Source: Eledone cirrhosa (lineage: Eukaryota). Taken from it: DNA of 64,000 bases. The stretch spans positions 363,692,001 to 363,756,000 of the forward strand of contig OZ024741.1 of NCBI GenBank assembly GCA_964016885.1, in the 5' to 3' direction. Of this stretch, positions 17,136 through 36,075 are shown piece by piece (within the stretch, counting starts at the first letter, position 1; each line of letters begins with the position of its first letter). The translations under genes were made by a program, and so were the position numbers. Under the pieces are notes generated by a model. That model was not told the origin of the DNA. It worked only from the letters and a program-made list of their open reading frames with translations, and made no database searches.

Positions 17136-17316
17136 ATATATATATAAACAACTATCTGGTTGTGGAACCAACCAACCAACCAGAAATTTATAAATTTGTA
17201 AATTTATAAATATATATTAAATTAAATTGAAGTGAAAGCAACTGGTGCGTGTGTTTCTTATTGGCAACATGACCCTCCCAAAGTATAACAATATATATAT
17301 ATACATATATATATAT

Positions 17317-17434
<118 letters not shown>

Positions 17435-17463
17435 GTATATATATATATATGTATATATATATG

Positions 17464-17494
<31 letters not shown>

Positions 17495-17663
17495 ATGTAT
17501 GTATATATATATGTATATATATATGTATGTATATATATATATATATATGTATATATATGTATGTATATATATATATGTATATATATATATGTATATATAT
17601 GTATATGTATGTATATATATATGTATGTATATATATATATATATGTATATATATATGTATGTA

Positions 17664-17716
<53 letters not shown>

Positions 17717-17722
<6 letters not shown>

Positions 17723-18300
17723 TATTTATTAAAATAACAGATTAAAGTTTAAGCAAAGAATCGCTGCTTTCACTCTTAACGGGATCTTCTGAAACAAACA
17801 AAGTCAATCTGTAAACGCAGAAGTGGATATTTCAAAAAACGTTGCAACCGGAGGAAGACAGGAAGACGATACTTTGGTTCGTGGTAACGTTCGCTGGCAA
17901 AGAACGGGAAAAAACGAATAATACGTCATTAATAGGAGCGGTGCGTAAAGACACAACCACGTTTATGGTATAAAAGAGGTCGTAGACTAATGTTCTCTTA
18001 GGTGGTGCATAGAGACGTTCTCTGGCAATGAACGAAAAAACGAAGATAATAAGTCAAATGTGGAGCGTGGAGAACAATAGCACGCAAAGACAAAATCACG
18101 TAAATGGTAAGTAGAAGTCGTAGACTAAAATTCTAACTAGGAGACCAAATGAATCTCCGCTACAGAGTTAAGAACAAAGTAAATAAATACAATACAGAAG
18201 TAATAGAAACAAATAAATACATACACGCAAACAGATACGTACATACACAAGCATACGCAAAACCTTACCATAGGTATACAAAACCACGCACATATAAATA
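17717..18300 (-). mobile_element. 3'-end fragment of the PLE family at 29697..31708
   Basis: Aligns with 29697..30300; contains a two-copy ~135-bp internal repeat. Confidence 0.8.
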
Positions 18301-18488
18301 TGTGTGTGTGTGTATGCTTATGTACATATATATGTACATATATATATATATTAGAAAGTGAGGTTTTTTTTACAAAATGAAAAATAACCGAGGTGTCCTA
18401 CACGAGTGAAAGTATAAAGAAAAAGAGATGAAATCGAAAATGCAACTGGAGTCTTATTTTTAAAAAAAATATATATATTTATTTGGTT

Positions 18489-18526
18489 CCTTTACCGGTT
18501 TCGCAGTTCTTCTGCTTTTCAAAAGG
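18489..18526 (-). ncRNA. Minimal hammerhead (U3-A8 variant) in the Neptune-like pLTR
   Basis: cctt-TTGAAAA-gcag(aagaa)ctgc-GAAA-ccgg-TA-aagg; palindromic stem III ACCGGT. Confidence 0.75.
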
Positions 18527-19381
18527 TGAGTTGAGATGGAGGGTCTGTGGTTTTTCTCACATCTGGTTGGTCTCTGAATGTTACTTGTTTTATATGGAAA
18601 AAGTGGCTCGAAATGCCAGGTTTTTCGAGAAGTAATTTGATTGGTTTGTCAATAATTATAATAAATTTCGCGCCAGTTCGCGTTACAATAGTTCCTCAAA
18701 TAAGAGGGGTGGGGGTTGTCGCAGGTTGTTTTTTCATATATGAGTGTTTGAATTTCTTTTTACTTGAAAAAAGGAGGCTCACGAAGGCTTTTTTTTGGTT
18801 GGTTATAAATGAAATTATGGCTGTCACGTGAGCAAATTTTCATTAAATTTTTGTGCCCTTATTTGGAAATCCACTCTGTAGCCTTTTTTTAGAGAATTTT
18901 TTGATAAGTGAAAGATAATGGTCAAGAGAAAGGGATGGGAGAATTGTTCTGGTTCAGTGAATATGGTTAGTTCGCTGGGGTGTCAGAATTCAGATTTTCT
19001 ATTGAATAAAGAAAGTAAAGATATGTGTGTTTATTTGTGTGCTTGTGTGTGTGTGTGCGTGTGTGTGTGTGTGTTTGAATTTCTTTACTTAAAAAAAAGG
19101 TGGCTCACGAAGGCTTTTTTTTAATAAACGTGATTTGATTGGTTATAAATGAAATTTGGCTGTCACGTGAACAAGTTTTCATTACATTTTTGCGCCCTTA
19201 TTTGGAAAACTATTCTGTAGTCTTTATAGCGAATGTTATGACAATGGAAAGATAGTGGTCAAGAGAAATGGCATTGGGAGAATTGTTCTGGTTCAGTGAA
19301 TATGGTTAGTTCGCTGGGGTGTCAGAGTTCAGATTTTCTATTGAAGTGAAGATATGTATGTTTATTTGTGTGCTTGTGTGT

Positions 19382-19432
<51 letters not shown>

Positions 19433-19925
19433 TGTGTATGTGTGTATTGGAAGATGATTCTATTAGTAGAAATGGGGGAGGGAGTTGTGTGTGTGTGTAT
19501 ATGGGTGTTATGTGTGTGTGTGCGAGTATGTTAAGATGGAGAGAATATATATTTTGTGTGTGTGTATATATATGTGTGTAGGAAAGTGGTTCTATTAGTA
19601 GAAATGGGGAGGGAGTTGTGGGTGTGGGGATTGTTATGTGTGTGTATGGGTGTTATGTGTGTGGGAGTATGGTTAGCATGTTAAGATGAAGAGAATATAT
19701 ATATATATATATATTGTGTGTGTGTGTATGTGTGTGTGTAGGAAAGTGATTCCTTTAGTAGGAATATTTTTGAATGAACATATTTTCCTTACTTATTCGT
19801 GTTTGCTGTTGTATTGTCAGTGCAAACGTATGTTAAGGTTTATTTAGTTCGGGTTTTTATTTTCTAAAGTAGAAGGTGTTATGTGTGTGTGTGTATGTCA
19901 TATTGTGGTGTTGACATAATGTATA

Positions 19926-22222
19926 TTAAACCATATTTAATGTTGGTCTATATTTTTGAATAAACATATTTTCCTTATTTATTCGCATTTGTTCTGTTGT
20001 ATTGTTAGCGCAAAGGTAAAATGGGAAGACTTGGAATTTGGGTGTCTTATTACTTGCGCAAATGTCTAGATGTGCACTTAGTGGTATCTGTCTCGTGGTT
20101 GGATCTCGTAATTGTTGGCGATGAACTGTCATTCTGTTTCTGAGTGTGAGTTTAGTTTGTCCTATATAATCTTCATTGCATCCTTTACATTTAATGGCAT
20201 AAATTAGATTTTTTGATGAGCAAGTGAAGTGATTTTTTACAGTAAAATTTTGTCCTGATTTAAATGTATACGTGTTGCCTTCAATGAGGTGAGTGCAGGT
20301 TTCACAATTAGAGCGACCACATTTTTTGATACTTGGTTGTGGGTTTGTGGTAGGTAATTTGGCATTGGTGAGTAATGTTTTCAGTGATTTTGGTTGTCTT
20401 TTGCTTTTGATTATTTTGTGTGTTTCAAGGGCTTTTTTCATTCTTGGGTTTTGTTTTAGTAGTGGGATGTTATTGTGAATAGTGTTGTAAGCTTCCGCAT
20501 TTCTTGGGTTGTGTGTTGAGATATAGGATAGAATATTGGACGTACCTTGAATTTGTTTCTGTTTCCGTAATTCATCAATGTCTATTGCTTTAGCCCTTTC
20601 TATTCCATTATTTATTAGTAATAGTGGGTACTCTCTCTCGAGTAGAATTTCCTTTAATTCTTGAAGTCGTTTATTTCGCGTTTCATAATTGGAGACAATT
20701 GTGCAAATTCTTTTTGCTAGGTTAAAAGAAATGTTCGTCTTCGTGTGCTTTGGATGGTTGGAGGTGAATAGCAGATATTGTTTGGAATCTGTTGGTTTGT
20801 AGTGTATGTCAGTTTCGATATTTGTGTCTTTTTTTAAGATTAAGATGTCCAGAAATGGGAGTTGATCTTGGCTGTATTCCATTGTGAATTGGATGTGGTT
20901 ATTAATGCCGTTTATTAAGTTTTTGAAATCCTTCAGTTGGTCGAGTGTGTGGGACCAAAGAATGAGGCAATCATCCAAGTAGCGTTTCCAATTCTCTGAT
21001 AAATATTTGTGGAAGTTCAATCCGTATTTTGATTTGGACTGTTCATATATCTGGACCTCTAAGTATGCCATGACTAAGTTGGAGCGGCTTTTGTACCCAT
21101 CGCAGTCCCCGATATTTGCTTGTAAGTATTACCATCGAAATCAAAAAAGTTGTTCTGTAGGATGAATTTTAATCCCTCGGTGATGAAGCTTTTTTCTATT
21201 CTGTCAGGTATCTCATTGGGATATTTCTCTAGCCAGAATCCTATTGCTTCTAATCCGTATTGGTGTGGGATCGTTGTGTAGAGATTCACTACATCGAAAG
21301 ACACAATAATAGTGTCGTTGTTGACATGTTTGGGGAGGTGGTTTAAGAGGTCCAGATCGTCTCTTACAAGGCTTGGTATGTGTTTCAGTATTGGTTTCAG
21401 TAGTATGTCTATAAAGTTGCTCAATCTGTGTGTTTCACATTGTGGGCCCGCTACAATTGGTCTTAATTTAAGGTCTGTGGGGTATTGTGTGTTCACGCAG
21501 GCTGAGGTGGATTGTTTACAGGCATCGTTGATTATTTTACACTTGTGGATCTTCGGAAGTCCGTAAAGGTTGCTGGTTTTGTATTCAAAATTTGTTAAAT
21601 AATCGCGTTCCTTTTTAGTTAGGTCTTCCTGGTATCGATAAATCAGTGTGTTTAATTTGGTCATTATTTTTGATTGCTGGTAGTTTTTTACTCTTTCATA
21701 GTAATTAGTATTTTGTAAGAGAGAGAACATAGAATTTTTATATTTTTCAGCCTCCATAATGACAACAGTACTTCCCTTGTCCGCTTCCTTAATTATAATG
21801 TCCGTATTGTTTTTTAGTTCATGGATAATCTCCCATTCCCTTCGACTCGTGTTGGGTTTGGGTTTAGGTTGCGGTAGTTCATGATATGGGAAGGTAGCTA
21901 TGTGGTCACAAAATTTGTCCAGAACTCTGTTTCTACCTTTTGTTGGGTTGTAGCTGCTTTTATTCCGTACAATTGATTCGTCGTTATTCTCCTTGTCAAA
22001 GAATTCCTCTGTGAGACGTAATTTTCTACAGAAGTGTGAGATATCGTCATTTATCTCGTTGGGGTTAGGGTATTGTGGTGTTGGTGTCAATTTCAGACCT
22101 TTGGAGAGAATTTTTACTTGTTGGGCTGAGAGGTTTGTATTTGAAATGTTAATTATTTTCGGTTTTTCAAAATCGGTTTGTGCCACCGGGTGCCGTGAGT
22201 CCTGTAGCCTTGGTCTAAAAAA
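19926..22222 (-). pseudogene. PLE RT + GIY-YIG ORF with one in-frame TAG at 21074
   Basis: ORFs 21074..22186 and 19926..21071 are contiguous across GTKAAPT*. Confidence 0.85.
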
Positions 22223-23355
22223 TGATTTTTCTGGAATGTTTTTTCAATGGTATTATTATATCTAATGGTATTTCCTCTGTTGTTGTGTGGTCTTGTATAG
22301 AAGTTTCGGACGTATTGAGGTTCGGTTTGTTGATAGTCCGGGTTGTAGATTTTGTTCCTTTGTGTGGGTTGGGATCTACGGTTTTGTAACAGGCTCTGTG
22401 TGGGCAGGGGTCTACGGTTTTGGAATAGGTTTTGTGTGGGTTGTGATCTGCGGATCAGGTCCTGCCTTGTGTTCGGGGATCTTTGGTTTTTGTTAGTAGG
22501 GTTATAGTTTTGTCTATGGTTTCTGGGATTATCGTTATAGTTTTGCTGTGGGTATGTTGGACGTTTTGTTACTTTTTTTGTTATTTATTGTGCATGTGGT
22601 GTGTGAGTTTTAGTTTGTTTTAAAAATGGGTTACCTGTATGTTGTTCATTTTTGAAGTCCATTTCGTAGTTGTTGAACCAGGTGGCGTTTTTTTCCCATC
22701 GCTGGAGGGATGTTAGTTCTTCATCCTCACAGTTTTCTTTCCAAAGTTTTAGGTTTTTTTTGTAGAGTAGGCCTTCAGAGTGCTTTGAGATTTCTGTGTC
22801 CATCTGTTGGTCGAGTGACTTGAATTCTTCTTCGTTGGAGTTGGCTCTTAATCGCAACAGTTCTATTTATGTTTTAAATTTTTCCAATGCCATCTTTTCC
22901 CTAAGTCTTTGTTGGTTTTCTGGTTCATTCGGGATGGGTTTTATTTGGAGTTTTTTGGGGAGGATGATTGGGGTAGAGTTTAGCCACTTTTCATATATGT
23001 CTGCCTTGCCATTATTTTTTAGGAGATTCCAAAGGGCGAATTTGCGGGATGTGAGCTTTTGAGTGCATATGTTGATTAGGGTGTTTTTCACTGAGTGGAC
23101 ATCTCGTAGATTGGGTTCTAACGGTTGTTCCAGCTTTTGGAGCATTGCTGTTTCAATGGTTTCGATTAGCTTAGTTAATACTGGAGTAATATTCGTCTCT
23201 TGGGTATTTTCTGTTTCTTCGTGGGGTCCTTTTTTATAGATGTGTATTTGGTCCACTTTGTTGGTCAAAATTGAGAGTTTAGAGGAAATCTCTTTGAGTT
23301 CATTTAAGATGTCCTGGTTCAGTGAGTTGTTGTTTTGTTGAGACTTTGGTGGCAT
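22153..23355 (-). pseudogene. PLE upstream ORF (about 400 codons) with two premature TAA (22867, 22585)
   Basis: One frame from ATG 23355 to TAA 22153; 22584..22153 checked by hand and open. Confidence 0.7.
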
Positions 23356-23694
23356 TTTCGGTCTTCGTGTGGTGGGTATATATTAGAAAGTGAGGTTTTT
23401 TTTCAAGTAAAAAGAAATTCAAACACTCATATATGAAAAAACAACTTGCGACAACCCCTTCTCTTATTTGAGGAACTATTGTAACGCGAACTGGCGCGAA
23501 ATTTATTATAATTATTGACAAACCAATCAAATTACTTCTCGAAAAACCTGGCATTTCGAGCCACTTTTTCCATATAAAACAAGTAACATTCAGAGACCAA
23601 CCAGATGTGAGAAAAACCACCGGTAAAGGAACCAAATAAATATATATATTTAAAAAAAAAAATAAGACTCCAGATGCATTTTCGATTTCATCTC

Positions 23695-26092
<2,398 letters not shown>

Positions 26093-26312
26093 ATTAAATT
26101 AAAAATGTACATCCACATATGTATACTGAAATACTAGTATGCATATGAATACACACACGTGTACATATGTAGATGTACCGAGTTTTTCACTGGACACTTT
26201 ACTGTGAGTGTCCAGCTATTCTGTATGTAAACACACAGACAAACCGGTTTTTAGAGTCATACTGGTTTTCGAGGAAACACCTTTCCTCTATTCTCCAGAA
26301 AGCCAGACAAGG

Positions 26313-26357
26313 AATATTGGACTAGTTTCGATGTTGTTACATCTCATCAGCAATATT
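26313..26357 (-). ncRNA. Canonical type I hammerhead ribozyme
   Basis: aatattg-CTGATGA-gatgt(aaca)acatc-GAAA-ctag-TC-caatatt. Confidence 0.92.
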
Positions 26358-26778
26358 TACCTATCTTCCGGCCTTTCTAGAGAATCGTAAAAGCACATAT
26401 CGTTATATGCTTTTTCTATGAAAATTAGTAGTGGGCAGACTAATTTGCATAGAGCGTGAGTACGTACCGGTTCAGCGGAGACGATAAAAACAAATAACGA
26501 AACGAAATTAAATTTCGTTTCGTTTGTAACTCACTTTTGTATGACTGACGCTTAAACAATTAAATTAAAAATGTACATCCACATATGTATACTGAAATAC
26601 TAGTATGCATATGAATACACACACGTGTACATATGTAGATGTACCGAGTTTTTCACTGGACACTTTACTGTGAGTGTCCAGCTATTCTGTATGTAAACAC
26701 ACAGACAAACCGGTTTTTAGAGTCATACTGGTTTTCGAGGAAACACCTTTCCTCTATTCTCCAGAAAGCCAGACAAGG

Positions 26779-26823
26779 AATATTGGACTAGTTTCGATGT
26801 TGTTACATCTCATCAGCAATATT
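26779..26823 (-). ncRNA. Canonical type I hammerhead ribozyme (copy 2)
   Basis: Identical motif 466 bp away. Confidence 0.92.
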
Positions 26824-27161
26824 TACCTATCTTCCGGCCTTTCTAGAGAATCGTAAAAGCACATATCGTTATATGCTTTTTCTATGAAATACACGTGTGT
26901 GTATTCATATGCATACTAGTATTTCAGTATACATATGTGGATGTACATTTTTAATTTAATTGTTTAAGCGTCAGTCATACAAAAGTGAGTTACAAACGAA
27001 ACGAAATTTAATTTCGTTTCGTTATTTGTTTTTATCGTCTCCGCTGAACCGGTACGTACTCACGCTCTATGCAAATTAGTCTGCCCACTACTAATTTTCA
27101 TAGAAAAAGCATATAACGATATGTGCTTTTACGATTCTCTAGAAAGGCCGGAAGATAGGTA

Positions 27162-27206
27162 AATATTGCTGATGAGATGTAACAACATCGAAACTAGTCC
27201 AATATT
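27162..27206 (+). ncRNA. Canonical type I hammerhead ribozyme (inverted copy)
   Basis: aatattgctgatgagatgtaacaacatcgaaactagtccaatatt. Confidence 0.92.
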
Positions 27207-27498
27207 CCTTGTCTGGCTTTCTGGAGAATAGAGGAAAGGTATTTCCTCGAAAACCAGTATGACTCTAAAAACCGGTTTGTCTGTGTGTTTACATACAGAA
27301 TAGCTGGACACTCACAGTAAAGTGTCCAGTGAAAAACTCGGTACATCTACATATGTACACGTGTGTGTATTCATATGCATACTAGTATTTCAGTATACAT
27401 ATGTGGATGTACATTTTTAATTTAATTGTTTAAGCGTCAGTCATACAAAAGTGAGTTACAAACGAAACGAAATTTAATTTCGTTTCGTTATTTGTTTT

Positions 27499-29381
<1,883 letters not shown>

Positions 29382-29492
29382 CATTATATGTATATACATT
29401 ATATATATATATACATATATATATATATACATTATATATATATATACATTATATATATATACATATATATATATATACATATATATATATAC

Positions 29493-29551
<59 letters not shown>

Positions 29552-29571
29552 AATTATATATATACACATAT

Positions 29572-31708
<2,137 letters not shown>

Positions 31709-34399
31709 TGTAGTGACCTACATTCCGCGGGCTCACATACATTCTCTGTGCGTGATTTGGCTCAGTTCAGCCAATCAGCGCCAGTAGAAGAGGATGTATC
31801 CCTACGCGCCCTGAGGAAGAAATTCACCACGAAGATTTGAAGAATCTCGCTCTTGTACCAGAAACTTCGAGCCAGCAACACGCATAATGTAACAGTGAGA
31901 TATTGCACCACTAGCCTCGCCGGCTTAACGGCGCAATGGCACATTCCATTTTGTAACCTCTTTGTATCTGTAACTTCAACCATATAAATAAACAAACATT
32001 TCATCTCTAATTACTGCGGTTGAAGTCGTTGTTATGTTACTCGTGTCTCAATAACATCTTTAATCCATGCTGCTGGAATTGGCGACCTGACGAAAGGAAT
32101 ATTGTAAATAGATGGTAAATAGATCGAGGGACCTTCCCTCACGTCTATGTCAACAAGATAATCCAACGAGGATACTATCACTTACCACACTGGCAACTAA
32201 CGACCACTGATTCTACCACCCTGCTAAAGTGGCGATAACATCAACAACTAATACTGATAAAGTGGTGGCCGACGTAAGAATATCACGCAGCCCTTCTTAT
32301 TCATTCAGTTTAACTTTTATTGCCACGTCGCAACTTGCGAAAATCCAGAATATTCCTTTTAAGATTTTTGAAAAATTGGCAGTATTTCAAAAACTTTTTC
32401 GCCACGAAAAAATTTCAAGATGGCTACCGACATGTCATGGCTACGCTTGACAACAACAATGACAGCAGCAGCGACAGCGTTGTTTAACCACTGACCAATA
32501 CAGGGAACAGTGAGTGGCAGCTTCATAACCTTACCGACGCAAACCACCACACATCGGAAATTTCAAAACGGCTTGTAACTTTACCGACGCAACCACCATA
32601 CCTTCTGTCTCGTTACCACAGGGACGCGAGAAATTGAGACAGTAGTTTTCTCACCATTATGGCGTCAGACGTGACTGCCATATTTGGTGACTCCTAATCT
32701 ACAGAAGATTCTTTGACTTTGCTTTAACAATAAGAAACACAACCGTGTGGCGGGACGGGAAAATGGCCACGAAATCTCACAAAAACACCATACATCTAAC
32801 CCCTAACGGCATTAACAAACTTCTTTTTCAGTTTTCAGATAGAACTAGTGTCTGTACACTGGTGATGTGTGAACTATTTGACTTTGAAAAACTTTGAACT
32901 TATTGAGCAATTTCTCTGCTCCCCTAGATTGACTTTGAATTATCAGTTTGTTACATTCACATATTTCTTTGTAGAATGCATTTACTTGTTTTGTGCTCTT
33001 TTGCTATTTTCTTGCTCATGGTTTTTGTTCATTCACATTCTTTGCTGTTTTACATGCCTGCATATGCACACATTTTTTTTTATCACACACCAACATGTTC
33101 TTGGTATATGTTCTTCAAACGTAATATTCTGCGAGTCCCTTTTCACCTGGTTGAGATACTGTCACATGCTAGCAGCTCACAGATCTTAATCCACTGGATT
33201 CAAACAGGCACCGCAACACGAGAATACATTGCAGCTGAACTCAAACAGCTTCGCATCTCGTTGCACACTGATCGTCCATGACGGCCATCCGTCTTGTTGT
33301 TTTTGCCCGACTCGCTGGGAAAGCAACAAATTGAACAGGACTTGTTAGCATTTCGGCCACTTCTGTGGATTCGCCCGAATTATGGAATTTACACTGCAAC
33401 CCACCTACAGATTAAACTTGCCTTTTGTTCTTTACAAAGCAACCAGCCATTTTTTCCTGGCTCCACAGCACATTCGACAATACATCTGGGGGCCATCATT
33501 TTCTCGCCAGCACTGGTAAACTACCATAATAGCTTCGTTCACAGCTACTGGTACAACGCTTACCATTAACATTTAATGCAAGAACAGCAACTTCGCCCAT
33601 GTCAGACTTTATCCGTTTTTTGTTAGACCTTTGGCGGTCACGTATAAACAACAAAACAACTGGTCATTTGACACAGCGGCTCAACACGGCCCGTAGCGCC
33701 TCATTTTTTGTTCTTGCATGCAACCTTCTGCTCAATTATTTTTTCTCTGATGTGCTCTTTCAGCATTTGTTCTTGCTGATTCAATAATATGTGGGTCCTT
33801 GGTTTCTTCGTTATCGATTTTCGGCTGAAAATCTGGTTGGAGGTGATGTAGTGACCTACATTCCGCGGGCTCACATACATTCTCTGTGCGTGATTTGGCT
33901 CAGTTCAGCCAATCAGCGCCAGTAGAAGAGGATGTATCCCTACGCGCCCTGAGGAAGAAATTCACCGCGAAGATTTGAAGAATCTCGCTCTTGTACCAGA
34001 AACTTCGAGCCAGCAACACGCATAATGTAACAGTGAGATATTGCACCACTAGCCTCGCCGGCTTAACGGCGCAATGGCACATTCCATTTTGTAACCTCTT
34101 TGTATCTGTAACTTCAACCATATAAATAAACAAACATTTCATCTCTAATTACTGCGGTTGAAGTCGTTGTTATGTTACTCGTGTCTCAATAACATCTTTA
34201 ATCCATGCTGCTGGAATTGGCGACCTGACGAAAGGAATATTGTAAATAGATGGTAAATAGATCGAGGGACCTTCCCTCACGTCTATGTCAACAAGATAAT
34301 CCAACGAGGATACTATCACTTACCACACTGGCAACTAACGACCACTGATTCTACCACCCTGCTAAAGTGGCGATAACATCAACAACTAATACTGCTAAA
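31709..34399 (+). mobile_element. Non-autonomous LTR retrotransposon (553-bp LTRs, CCTT TSD)
   Basis: LTRs 31709..32261 and 33847..34399; TGG-initiated PBS-like sequence at 32263; purine-rich ggaggtga before the 3' LTR; CCTT at 31705..31708 and 34400..34403; no gag/pol ORF. Confidence 0.88.
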
Positions 34400-34405
34400 C
34401 CTTTG

Positions 34406-34477
<72 letters not shown>

Positions 34478-34479
<2 letters not shown>

Positions 34480-35315
34480 AAGAATGAATAATAACAGGTA
34501 GACATCATAAAAAGGTAATTTATTCCGTGTGCTTACAAGTGTTTCCACGGTGGTACTGCAGCCTAGTTATGCTACGTGCAAATTCACAAGTACTTGCAGA
34601 ACTCAAATATCCAATGCTGTGACCACTGTTTCCTCAGAGCAGAATGGTAAAATGTACAATGTAAAAACCCTTAAGTGGGGTTGTTGGGGAAGATAGAGTA
34701 GAAAAGGAAGAGAGAAAAGTAGGGAAGAGGGAGAGAGAAAGAAAGATATGCAGGGTTGGAGAAGTAGGAGAGAGTGGCTTGTAGATATCTTAATCAAAAT
34801 GTTATGGTAGGGGTTTTATTATACTGGTTACTTTTGGAGAGATGCGTTGATAGTTAAGGTCGGAATTATTTATTGCCCCAGAGGGCAGGTTCATAGATGT
34901 TGAGAGGGAGGTAGGCCAAAGGCGAGAGAGAGAGAGAGTGTAATGGATGTAGAGAGGGGACAGACAAAGTTTGTGTGGTGAGTGAACTTTGGATTTGTAG
35001 TAGTAATCTAGGAATTGCACTGAGTTGCCATGTATAGTGATAAGCAGTGTATTGTCTTGTAGTGTGGGGGGAAGAGAAGGTTGTTAGCTAGAAAGCGGTG
35101 TTATAGTTACGGGTTCGAATGTTAAGTTATTTTATAGTGAGAGAATTTAGCTTTTAGTTTGTGGTTGCAGTATAATGATCGTTCAATTCTATCGTTAAGT
35201 AGTTTGTTTTTGGATTTTAATATGTAAAAGAGCTCAAGGTTACATAACCTGCAGTACTTCAATCCACTCCGATATGCACTTGCGCTGGAAAGTATATCCC
35301 ATTTTAAGGTGAACT
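34478..35315 (-). mobile_element. PLE 3' fragment (GIY-YIG C-terminus + pLTR)
   Basis: - strand translation [35 protein letters not shown], homologous to ~41900..42080. Confidence 0.8.
34530..34641 (-). ncRNA. Hammerhead with extended stem II
   Basis: tgct-CTGAGGA-aacagtggt...accaccgtg-GAAA-cacttg-TA-agca. Confidence 0.65.
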
Positions 35316-35420
35316 ATATATGTATATATATATATATGTATATGTATATATATATATATGTATGTATATATATATGTATGTATATATATATATATGTATA
35401 TATATATGTATGTATATATG

Positions 35421-35477
<57 letters not shown>

Positions 35478-35502
35478 GTGTATATATATATATGTATATA
35501 TG

Positions 35503-35552
<50 letters not shown>

Positions 35553-35558
35553 TACATG

Positions 35559-35589
<31 letters not shown>

Positions 35590-35604
35590 GTATATATATA
35601 TATG

Positions 35605-35636
<32 letters not shown>

Positions 35637-35830
35637 TTTCGTTTCTGAATTTGTTTAGCAAGATTCTTTATCTGAAATCGTGTGTTGAAACCGATATTGT
35701 TATACTTTGGGAAGGTCATGTTGCCAATAAGAAACACACGCACCAGTTGCTTTCACTTCAATTTATTATAATAAATTTATAAATTTCTGGTTGGTTGGTT
35801 GGTTCCACAACCAGATAGTTGTTTATATAT

Positions 35831-35875
35831 AGTCATAGTTCTTTCGTCACACACTCTGTGACCTCTTCAGTGACT
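35831..35875 (-). ncRNA. Type I hammerhead ribozyme in PLE pLTR
   Basis: Identical to the motif at 15423..15467 although the flanks have diverged. Confidence 0.8.
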
Positions 35876-36075
35876 GGGAATTCCTTTCTTTGTTTCTGTG
35901 ACTCTCCTTTGTTCTGTCCTACGCCATTTTGTTTCTGTGTGTGTGTTGTGTGCTCAGTCTGCGCATGCGCCACATCCGGGTGTCTGTGTGTGTTTATGTT
36001 CATTTATTTATTTGTTTATTTACATGTTACTGGTTGGTTGTTTGTTCTATGTGTGTGTGTGTTTTCATTTTGTCC

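Larger units (their letters stand above)
15210..17294. mobile_element. Two 5'-truncated PLE 3' ends joined head-to-head (1012-bp-arm inverted repeat)
   Basis: Arms 15264..16275 / 16283..17294, 7-nt spacer; GIY-YIG remnant YIGETARS; same family as 35637..38857. Confidence 0.92.
18350..23700 (-). mobile_element. Near full-length Neptune-like PLE with 3' pLTR and inverted 5' pLTR copy
   Basis: N-terminal ORF, RT (LRPIVAG, SFDVVNLYT, GTAMGT, RYLDD), Cys linker KCGRSNCETC, GIY-YIG (LIYAIKC..YIGQT); 23400..23700 is the reverse complement of ~18418..18770. Confidence 0.9.

Noticed and set aside
32262-33846. gag/integrase coding in the LTR element interior
   Set aside because: Only faint peptide resemblance and no sustained ORF
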